Below, in pieces: positions 11,816 to 22,038 of a stretch of DNA of 64,000 bases. The stretch lies in contig MU058636.1 in NCBI GenBank assembly GCA_013265495.1, positions 2,046,001 to 2,110,000 on the forward strand. The letters are read 5' to 3'. A model generated the notes under the pieces. The model saw nothing but the letters and a program-made list of their open reading frames with translations, was not told where the DNA came from and did not search any database. The stretch comes from Vicugna vicugna. Taxonomy: Eukaryota. A program made the position numbers and the translations under genes. Positions within the stretch are counted from its first letter, which is position 1. Each line of letters starts with the position of its first letter.

Positions 11816-14620
11816 TATTTGCTGAAAAAACAGGCGGGATCTGGCCGAGGAGCTGAACCAATAGCAAATTGCACTACAGCTGAACTGTTCTGTCATCTCA
11901 TTTCGCGTTTGGGAAACAAACAGCAGATGAGCGGAGCTGCTTGCACGTCAGTCAGGTGCACTGTTACTTGAAAGGAAGAATGTCTCACTTTTCCTCGAGC
12001 TGTGGCTGCCGGTGGGGCCACACCTGTGAAGAATTTTATTTTAGATTAAGGAGCACCATTAGGTGAATGATGTTCCAGCTTTTCTTTTTCCCACTTGTAT
12101 ATGCACTAATTTTAATTTTTTAAAGACTTTTTTCTGATCTTTGAACTTTTGCCACATTGTATACTTATTAAGGGAAATTATTTGCAAGGACATCTTGGGG
12201 AAACAATGCTGGGGAGCATTTTTGTCACTGAGGGTTGCGGAATTTGCTCCTTTGGGGATGGGTTGCCCTGAATAACATAATGGACCAGGTAATGATTTCA
12301 TGGAAGTACAGTATAGTGCATAATTCTTGTAAGAGTATTGTATGCAAGCTCTGTATGCCACCCACTGTTAGTTCAAATTGAGATTATTTGTGTTTTTTGT
12401 TTTGTTTTTAAGAACACACAAAGAGAAATATCAGTGAGTTGTTGGATATAAATTCCCCTGTTAGTTGATTGAAATCCTTTCCAAATGAGGATTGGATAAA
12501 CAGTAACTGAAGGAGCACACAGAGCTCTTTGCTCCAAATTTAGCCGGAGCCTTTTTTTAAAAAAGGTGTTTCCCTGCTAATCAGATACATTTACATTTAT
12601 GCCATTTTTTTAAATAGAAAAAAAAATTAAGAAATTGTGTTAAAGGCCTGAAGTTCAGGAGTATATTGCTTTAGGTTACTTCCAGTTTGCTTTTTTGTGT
12701 AAAGTTCTGTTCTTTGAACCACAGCTTTATTATGGTACTTGACACTGGATACAGACACAGACGCTGTTCAGAAGGTGAACTGAACACGGCAGTGGTCTGG
12801 CATCAAGAGCTTTCTGCAGTTTTACAGCCTGAATCTGGAGGAATAACAATCTGCTGTGCCTTTGCAGTCACTGCTTCGCCCAAAGTAATAGTACTTTTGA
12901 TAATAACTTTACTATGTGGGGTATTCCTGAGTAAGTCAATCTCAAAAGTTTGGAATTCTCCTCCTCTTAACTTTCATAATATTTGGACGTGCAGTTGTCG
13001 CCAAACTGGGTATTCATGGAATTTCTAGCTAATGAAATACCTGTACTTTGATACTGAAGACTGCCAAATACATAGGAATTTTCTTTCATAAAAAACAGTA
13101 ATGAAGACTGCGTCTCCTTTCCCAGCACTGAATGTTTTACCTGCACTGGGTGCTCACCCTGCAACCATGAAGAAAATGTGGAAACTCAAAAAAGGTCAGG
13201 AAAGACTTCCAAGCACTTGCAACTGATGTTACAGTCTTCAATTTTAATAATTATACATATTTGTAGTTTTCAGAGAAGTTTTTAATATTTCTCTGTACAC
13301 TTTTTATAAGCTTTAAAATGATTTTCTCTGCCTTGAGATTTGCATCAAGAAAAAGCACCTCTGTTCACCTGAAAGCTTTGAAGACTAGAGACATGCTTTC
13401 CATGTTTTACCAAGTGTGTTTGAGTCCACGTTCGGTAGCATCAGTTGTTGAGTTAAAAAGAAAATCAATTACTGCATTTGATCAGGATGGATTTTAAAAG
13501 AACATAATGCTCAATATTCAAAGGATAATTAACATTTGCCACCATAATGTTCTTTTTTATGTAAAAGGACAAGAACTTAGAGACATTAACATGCAAAAGT
13601 CTTTTATCATTATTAGCTCATGTATTTGAGAAAGAGCAGCTGTCTTTTTATATGTTTTTTGACAAATCATATTGTAATTTTTTTGTACAAAAAAGAACTA
13701 CTTGTATTCTAGAAGAAATATGAAATGCTTAATTTATAAGCGGGCTGGAGATTTTTTCCAATATTATTTTCTTTGAAAATGAAAGGGGATCATCTATTTT
13801 AGTTTTGGGGTCTGGGAACTTTTTGAAAATTTCATTTGTGGACCAATGTTTTATGGAAGCTAAGGAAGGGCAGGGGTAAAATAGGGCTTGATTTTCTCAC
13901 TCTGTGTAGACCAGCAAACCTCCCTCTGCAAGGCAGGCTCAAATTACAAACCCAAGAGTGTTTGCATCATAAATGCTAGTTTGCTTCAGCCCCTGGTAAC
14001 CTCAGGACTTGGTTTGAATATAAAAGGTAGACAGCTGATGTGTCTTCATGAGTAAATATTGTCAGCCAGAAAAGAGTTGGTGTCAGGTGATACATTTTTT
14101 TTTTAAGCCTTGTTTTATATTTATTTTTCATCTAGTTTTTATTGGGAATGGTTTTCAATAGAACTCTTAGTTCTGCTTAGGTGTTTTTTTGGGGGAGCCC
14201 TCTTATCCATAGTGTAATTCAACTTAAGAGGTTGTCTAAAAATTAGTCTTTTTAATCCATAGGAAGATTTTAATATCCGAGAGCACTCAAATTAAGGATG
14301 TAAACTTCCCACGTCTTCCTGTTACGAAAGATAAAAGCACAGAAAGGACAACCCTTGAGATCATGCAACGTGGTCATTTCCATCTTTGTGCCTATTTTAA
14401 ACTCTGTTCGTGTATTTACTTCATTGTAAATATTTTCGAGGGTACCTTTGTATTTTGCTTTTGACCTTGGTTCTGTGGTTTGGGTGTCAGCAACTTCCCT
14501 AAAAAGCACCAGTATGTTAAGTTCTAATGTCATGATCCCAGTATGGGTTATTCATCTTTCATCCGGTTTTCAGTCTCTATGTGTACAGCAGTATTTTTAA
14601 TAAAGAATTACAGAGAGAAG
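11816..14620 (+). other. PAN3: PAN3 3'UTR (~2.8 kb, AU-rich, no obvious interspersed repeats)
   Basis: Runs from the stop codon to the first canonical AATAAA I found (14599). U-rich, with ATTTA and TGTA motifs. The end position is approximate. Confidence 0.8.
14582..14604 (+). terminator. PAN3 polyadenylation signal AATAAA (14599-14604) with upstream TGTA (14582-14585)
   Basis: Canonical hexamer, CFIm-type UGUA upstream, and a T-rich tract ~35 nt downstream. Confidence 0.8.
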
Positions 14621-15101
14621 ATTGTCCCTCCCCCCCTTTTTTTTGATACCAGTTCATTTCACAAGATGATACTTGTCTTATGATTGGGGTTTAAAAGGCT
14701 GAGTATTTCATATGTGTTCTGGAGGAATTTTCAATCTTTGGATGAAATGGTAGAAGATTTATTCATTAATTTACCAAGTATCTGTTAATTGCCTAATTTG
14801 GATGTGTTCTGGGGACTAAAAATGCAGAGAGGAATACTTGTTAATCACAGAGTGTTCAGCTATACCCAGCGTTTCTGAATCATGTGTGCCAGATGGTGCA
14901 GTTCAGGGGAGAGCTCCTGCTTCCGTGGAAGGGTAAGGAATGACGTCCAGCTGGTCCTTGATTCGGGACTCAGGGAACTGACAGTATGGGTGAAGGTGCC
15001 CCTCCCCCCACAGCCTCCAGAAACATCGTTCGGAATCTAAGGGTAGATCAAGAAGGCACTTGGTGTGGGGCCTGTTAAGTTTGAGATGTTTAGTACACAT
15101 T

Positions 15102-16189
15102 TGTTCTGGTTATTGTTTTGTAACAAGCGACTCCAAACTTCATGGCATAAAACCACCACCATTTCTCCTCAGGGATTCTGTGGGTCTGGAACTAGGACTG
15201 GGCCGGGATGGCTTTTCTTTAATGTGTTACCCTGGGTCTCAGCTTGGAAAACTCCAGAGGCTGAGGGCTGAAATCATCTGATCTGGCCCCTGAACTGAAG
15301 GACTTGAAGGCTGGGCTCAGCTGGGGACTGTCAGTGGGAGCACCCACACATGGCCTCTCCATGGGGCTGAGGCGTCTCCAAGCCTGGTGCCTGGGTCTCT
15401 GGTGGGAGCTTTTGGAGAACATGTGCAATTGGAGACTCCGGTGGAGGCTGCATGATCTTTTCTGACCCCACCTTGGAATCACACAGTGTCACTGCTGCCA
15501 CATCCTGTTGATACAAGTGACTAACAAAGCCAGCTCTGATTCTAGGGGAGAGGAATTGTTTTTTTTTAATTGAGTTATAGTCAGTTTACAATGTTGTGTC
15601 AATTTCTGGTGTACAGAACAATTTTTCAGTCATACATGAATATACTTGTTTTGTTTTCATATTCTTCTTCACTATGAGCTACTACAAGATCTTGAATATA
15701 TTTCCCTGTGCTATACAGTAGAAACTTGTTTATGCTATATATAGCTGTCAGTGTCTACAAATCCTGAACCCCCAGTCTGTCGCTTCCCACCCCTCTCCCC
15801 CCAGCAACCACAAGTTTGTATTCTGTGTCTGTCAGTCTGTTTCTGTTTTGTATTTATGTGTTTTGGGTTTTTTTTTTTTTGTTTTTAGATTCCACATATG
15901 CGCGATCTCATATGGTATTTTTCTTTCTCTTTCTGGCTTACTTCACTTAGAATGACATTCTCCAGGGACATCTATGTTGCTGCAAATGACATGTTGTCAT
16001 TTTTATGGCTGAATAGTATTCCATTGTACAAAAACACCACAACTTCTTTATCCAGTCATCTGTAAATGGACATTTAGGTTGTTTTAGGGGAGAGGAATTT
16101 GATGGACAGGTGGCAAGAACATGTAGCCAAAGATCACGTGTGATGGAGATACTGTTGGAACTGTTTTTTGGAGAAAAAAATCTGCCACA
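15102..16189 (-). mobile_element. MLT1 (ERVL-MaLR) solo LTR, interrupted by a young L1
   Basis: TG...CA ends. The reverse strand ends ...ggtggttttatgccatgaagtttggagtcgcttgttacaaaacaataaccagaaca, like MLT1 3' ends. Confidence 0.7.
15558..16084 (-). mobile_element. 5'-truncated young L1 3' end with perfect 15-bp TSD
   Basis: TAGGGGAGAGGAATT at 15543-15557 and 16085-16099; poly(T) start; L1 3'UTR phrases (tggcttacttcacttag, atggctgaatagtattcc). Confidence 0.9.
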
Positions 16190-18445
16190 GCATCAGGAGG
16201 AGATGTCAATTTAGCACTCACATACGTGAGTTTGGAGTTAGGGGGAGAGATCTGGTCTACACGTACAACTTGCAAGTCATTGTCATATAGATGTCATTTA
16301 AAGCCTTGAGATTGGTTGAGATCATGAAGAGAGTATAGACTGACCAGAGAAAAACAGTAAGAGACAGAAATGACCAATGAGATAGGAAGAAAAACCTGTA
16401 ATGTCCTGGAAATCAAAGAAAATGTTTCTAGGAATAAGGGTAAGGTGTTTAAAAAGTCAAGAAAGATTGAGACTGAAAATGGCCATTGGGTTAAGCAGTA
16501 TGGCGGTCATGGATAAACTTATCATAGAGCAGCTCCTTTTAGTGAGAGTGGAAGCTAGGATTGAGCAGGAGGAATCAGAAACAAGGAGTATAACCAGCTC
16601 TTTTGAGGAATTTTGCGGTGCAAAGGAGTAGAGAAATGAGGTGGTAGCTGGAGGGGAAAATAGGGAGGGAGGTTTGTTTGGTTTCACAAGATTGGGAGGA
16701 AAAATAGCATGTTCGTATGGTCCAATGGAAAAGGGAGAAATTGACGGGTGAGGGAGCGGTGAATCGCTGGAGCCAAGCCCTCGAGCAGATGAGAGGAAGG
16801 GGTGAGGGCATCACTGCGCATTCTGAGTCGGCCGTCCAGAAGGGAGGACTTCCGTGTGTACAGGTGCTGGTGGGTGGGCAGGTGTCATGCTGGGATTTTG
16901 AAGTTCTCTTGATGCCTTTAGTTTTCCCATCGATGTGAAGGGTATGCTAGTAGTACCTGTCACATTGGATTGCTTTGAAAATGAAACGGACTTCTTTTTC
17001 TAAAGCACCTAGAATATTTGCTGGCATATAAAATGCAGTTAATACGTTCTAGCCTCAGACTAAGCCCTTACTCTTTTTAAAATGGGTTTCATGGAAAGTT
17101 GTGGTAGTACATCAGGTTTTTTCCTTTTAATAAGCTTTTTTGTTTTCTCCTTTTAATAAACTTTTTATTTTGGTTTTTTTTAATCTTTTTACATTTTTTT
17201 GTTATTAATAATCTTTTTGGAAGAGTAGCATACACACACACTTTTGCCAGTAAGTGTACAGCTCCATGAATTATCACAAAGTGAACACACCGTATGTACC
17301 ACACCCAGATAAAGAAATAGAACATTAGTGACATCTACTTGGTTTTGGAGTTGTTTTGTTTTGTTTTTTTCTCTTAAATTTCCTTAGTTCAAAAAATAGA
17401 AGGCTGATCATCCCTGTGTTGGGACCCAGGATATTTTTGAAATATTTCTGGGGCTGTGAAACCCAAAAGTCTGGTAATATGTTTAACACTGAAGGGTCCA
17501 GTGAACCTTACTGGGCCATCCTTCTGCTGGAGGAAAGAAAAAAAAATCAATTCCCAAATGTACTGTTAGTTTCTAGAGTCATGAGAAAATTTCTAAAGTA
17601 TGACGTGAGACCAATTCCTCAAGCATTCTTCAAATCATTTGCCCAAATGAGTGACTTTCATGTTATGAAAAGCAATAATGTTTTAAAGGGGTTTCAAATT
17701 CTTGTAGATAAAATGCCTTTTGCCCTCATCAGCTAACCACAAATTTACTGGTATTAGTCATTTATACCTTTTTCTTGCCTTTGTCCTGAAGAAAGTAGGC
17801 CTGTTTTCTTTGAAAATGTTTCTCCAGTCTCGTTTGTTCATGGTGTTAAGACAGTGTGTTGGTCACTTATTCTATGTCTGTTAGTGATTATCGAAATCGT
17901 TTCTCTTTCTAGGATTCAATCCACAAAACAAAATTGAAGAATACTTAGCTGGCATCCTTAAGGAAGCTCTTGTGTCTTAGGCTTTTGCCTAATTATTTGT
18001 TACGTTTTCCTGCACAATCTGTAAAACACACACATACACATGACATGTACACACACCCGTTCTGTCACTGTGGCAACTATTGGCTGAAGATTAGCGTCTG
18101 GGAAAACATGCCTCTTCTCGAGTTGAGGGCACTCCTTGTGCAGCCAGCACGCACCGAGTCTGTATGTTCCACTGTGACCCTGCTCACTTTAGTGTTTCGT
18201 TTCCTGGGCCGCCCGCTGAGTTTGATTCACCGGTGGTGGTGTCTCGATCCCTCAGAGGAGCTGCTCTGTAGGCTGACGGACAGAAGCTCTGTGCCCCGTC
18301 GTAAGTGGTGCTCGCTCTCATGCTGTGCTTAGTAACTGGCATCTCATGAGATCTCCCGGAACGCCTGTCCCCCACCCCCAGGAAAAGACCCTTTTAAAAA
18401 TGTGCACACAAAATAGAAAATATATAGATGTTTTTGGAAGTTAAT

Positions 18446-18476
18446 TTTATTATATGAAGATAGCATACAAAATACA
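18446..18476 (-). terminator. FLT1 distal polyadenylation signal AATAAA (18446-18451, - strand) with two upstream TGTA motifs
   Basis: TTTATT on +; TACA at 18466 and 18473; U/GU-rich downstream element on - strand at ~18395-18420. Confidence 0.82.
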
Positions 18477-18594
18477 TTCATAGTGACTAGAGATGTAGGA
18501 CCACATTATGTCTTACTTATATCTGCAGCATATATTCTTGGTTTGTATAAAAGTAACTTTAAAATTCCAGTTTCCTTAAATAGTTATGCACAAA

Positions 18595-18619
<25 letters not shown>
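18595..18619. repeat. (AC)~12 microsatellite in the FLT1 3'UTR
   Basis: Direct read: acacac... run. Confidence 0.9.
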
Positions 18620-18625
<6 letters not shown>

Positions 18626-21073
18626 TATAGTTACTACCACTGTCAGTCAAAGATGCGCTCCTTCTTTAATCAATTAAAAGGGGCTGGCAAGTATTACATT
18701 TGCCATTCTCGTGGGCTAGGGAATAAGGCATATCCAGAAGACCTAGGCAACATTTTCAGAATTTGGGCACACTGGTTCTGCAGGCTGAGACTCGGGTCTG
18801 AGCATCATGCTTAGACTAGATGCAGGCTTGCGCGTGGGTCCAGCCCCCTCCCCCCACTCCCTGTCAAGGGTACACGTCCCCCCAGTCCTGAAAGGACGTG
18901 CTTGTCCCTGCACTGTTCCCACCTACCATTTTTGTCAGAAATGGCAAATGGTTCAGTTAATCAGTGTTGAAATTTTCAGTGCTGCTCCAGTGAACTAGTC
19001 TGTGGCAAGCCCTTTGCAGCTAGACGTACTCACTACCCCCAGCTGGTTTTCTCTGCGTTAGGACTCCCACTGGAACAGCTGGCCTGCGGACAGACCCGAG
19101 CCTTAAGGAGGCGAATTAACATCCTCTAACAGGTTCTTTTTGTTTTGGAAAGATGGTATCATTAAGGTCTCTTGATGACTAAGAGTTAAGAGTATTGAAA
19201 TCGAGACATTACAGGTATAACTAAGGTTTTTCTTTGTTTTCCCCAATTGCTGGATCCTTAACCGATCTGAAAAAAACAAGAGAATCGATCGTGGTCTTCT
19301 TACATTTTCCCTGTTGCACCTCCTCCGGGTTACCTGACTGATACTGTGGCCAGCGGTCACAGGTGCTCTCGTGCTTGGAGACAAGAGGGCGCACGAAGTC
19401 CTTGCCCCCGCCTGCCCTGGCTGGGTTGTGTGTGGATGTGACTTTTGGTGGAGACTGGCCAGAGTCCCCCCAGCCAGGCCCCCACGGGAGCAGCCACTGT
19501 CTCGCCGGGGACAGGCCTCCTCTCCCAATCTCTTCACTCCAAGAGCCTTGAAACAAGACTGGCACACAGGGAAGGGGTCCAGGCTCGCATGCCCCTTATG
19601 ACTAAGGCCCTCACGTTCAGCCACTGGCAGGACTCCATTCTCAGCAGTTCCGGCAGCCTGTCCAGCTCTGACTGGCCCCAGAAAATGCAGACATCCTAAA
19701 TGCAGAGCCAGTGAGAGACCAGGGCTTCCCTTTGGTACCCTGTCTCCCATTTCCATCAGCCTCAGACCAAAGGCAGGGCCCACAGTAGACGAAAGAGGCA
19801 TTTCTCCTACTGATGGCTCATTAACTAATATCCTGAGTCCCAATTCTAGAAATATCTTGCATACATTACATACCACCTTTTTTCTCAAGGAGCATAAAGT
19901 GCTTCATAGACATTGGTTAATGCTCTTCTGTCTGGGAGATGACATGAGATAGTGAGGCCCCCATTACACAAGGGGGGGCCAGGCTGACTTCCTGTCCTTC
20001 GGGTCCCCACTGTTTCAGGGAGTCGGTTTGGTTGGTGGAGAGATGGGGTTTTCACTCTGACTTCTCTTTTATTCCATCTATCCTAACTGGGGTCTAAATG
20101 ATTCCATCTCTCCTAGTTTGGATCTAGAGAAAACCTCCACAAGACTGCTTTTTCCTTCTCAGCGTCCTTTTATAACTAATTGCATGAAACAGGTTAATAC
20201 AAAAAAAAAAAAGGTGTCTTGACTAGGTATTCATACTTAAAATAGACTCTGACATTACTGTTGAAAGCGTGGCTTTAAGCCCAGCAGATAACCTAACAGA
20301 TCAGACTCACTCGGGAGGTATGCGGGGTGTGAGGCTGTCAGCCCAGGGCACACTTGGCTCGTGGTGTGGGTCCAGCGGCCAGGCCAGAGGCCGGGCAGAA
20401 ATGCCAGAAATAAACCATGTGCGCCTTCGTGGTGTGCACAGAACCCGTCCCCATCACTGACGTTTACAAATTTGCCATGTAATTCCAAAAATAATGTTTG
20501 TCCTTTGCTCACTCTCCTCACTCCTCTGTCCTGTCTGCTCCCTGGCTGGGTTCTTTCACGTGCCACCGGGTGGCCTTGTCACGGACTCCCCTCCTCCCTC
20601 CCGCGCGCGGTTCAGCTCAAATCCCTCCCTTTCCTCCTCAGGGGCCTGTCCTATTTTCTCTCCTCTTCTTCCTCGCTCCCTTTTTCCCTCCCCTCCTACG
20701 TGCCTCGGCTGCTGGAGGACCAGGACTGGGGCCGCAGCAGCTGGCGTGGAGCCCGCGCTGCTGGCGACCAGCATGTCTCCCGAGCCCTCCGGGCCCTGCT
20801 GAGGTCCGGGAGCAGAGGTCAGTCGCTGGGCTCAGAGAGGACGGCTCTTACGCACCGAGTGAAGTGAGGATTAGCCGTGGTGCCCTTTGCGTGTCTGGGG
20901 TTACATTCTTGTTAGTTAAAAGAGAAAAAAGCACTGTTACAAATCAGAACAAGCAGCTGCTCCCGTGGGGGAGAGGGCGGTGTACATTTATATATGTATA
21001 ATACTGGCAAAAGCTAGTTTTGGGGGGCTATAAGTACACATGTGGCTCTAGAAGTCAGGCTGTGCGTCAGGCT

Positions 21074-21275
21074 TTAGACGGGCGGGGTGGGACACAGGAC
21101 CACAGAGTTGTAGTCGGGGGGAGGGGAGCAGCAGGAGATGGCCTTCTCCAGCTCCGAGTGGTCGTAGGTGAACCTGCGCTGACCCGTGCTGATGTGCCCA
21201 CAGCTGGAATGGCAGAATGTGGGTCTGGGGAGGTCAGAAAGCCCGGACTCCTTGCTTTTACTGGTTACTCTCAAG
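21074..21275 (-). CDS. FLT1: FLT1 exon 30 (terminal): LRVTSKSKESGLSDLPRPTFCHSSCGHISTGQRRFTYDHSELEKAISCCSPPPDYNSVVLCPTPPV*
   Basis: ttttag acceptor on - strand (21276-21277), TAA stop. VEGFR1 C-tail; inside ORF 21074..21406. Confidence 0.96.
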
Positions 21276-21585
21276 CTAAAAAAAGAAAAGGAAACAAAAG
21301 TCAATTGAACAAAATTGGTTTCTAGAAAACAAACACTGAAGTGGTGGGTCACTTGTTCGTAACTGCCCCGCAAGTAATGGCCACTGAATCCCAGCCCGAC
21401 CTCCACTCAGATTCTCTGCAGCTGCACACGGCCTCTCTCCCCCCAGCTCGTGTCATTGGCAGAAAGAGTCGGTCCACTGGCAGGGGGCGGAGCGTGTGGT
21501 TAGTTACTGCAAACCCAGAATTCCTGGTGGGAAAGGACTCCCAGGCTTGGGTCCAGCCCTCCCTTCCTCTCGGGTCAGTGAGCTG

Positions 21586-22038
21586 CTGGGATAGGCTAAA
21601 AAACACTCCCCACCCCCAAATACACTCATGTCGAATCCCTGCAACCTGTGACTCAAACCTTCCAGGGCAAGAGCTGTGATTACGCTAACGGACCTTCAGA
21701 GGAGGCGCCGCGGCCGCATCACCCAGGTGGGCCCGCGGCGCAATCACTCCCGTCCTTATAAAGGAGGGGGCGGGGCTTCCGGCCGCGCGCGCGCGCGCAC
21801 GCGGGAGGACGTGGTGGGAAGGCCGAGGAGGGACGCGGCCGCAGCCGGGGCTGCCCAGGGGGACGCCAGGGCTGAGCGGCGAGGAGCCCACCCTCCCCAG
21901 GGCCTCCGGAAGGAGCGCGGCCCTGCTGACGCCGTGACCTTGGACTTCCAGCCTCCGGAGTGCCGAGAGAATGCATTTCTCTTGTTTGGAGCCGCCGAGT
22001 TTGTGGTTGTTACAACGGCCTCAAGAAACGACTAGAAC
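21586..22038 (+). mobile_element. MLT1C/D-like solo LTR, strongly GC/CpG-enriched
   Basis: MLT1 landmarks in the expected order: aatccctgcaacctgtga, gtgattacg, ccaggtgggccc, gtccttataa, ccctgctgacgcc, ttggacttccagcctcc, gtttgtgg...gttac...gaaac. Confidence 0.75.

Larger units (their letters stand above)
15050..16700 (-). mobile_element. L2 fragment interrupted by an MLT1 LTR
   Basis: L2 phrase tgttaagtttgagatg...cat (to 15100) resumes at ~16192 as ggagatgtcaa...gagtttggag...gagatctgg. Confidence 0.65.
18428..21073 (-). other. FLT1: FLT1 3'UTR (~2.6 kb)
   Basis: Lies between the TAA stop (21074-21076) and the distal poly(A) signal. The terminal part resembles the human FLT1 mRNA end, including the (TG)n tract. 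Confidence 0.82.

Noticed and set aside
19103..19888. Longest ORF in the track (261 aa), sense within the FLT1 3'UTR
   Set aside because: It starts at TTG (first ATG at 19801), has no recognisable domain and sits in a GC-rich UTR. A rough estimate (~4% stop codons, several thousand stop-to-stop intervals in six frames) makes one ORF this long plausible by chance. Ribo-seq or codon-level conservation would be needed.
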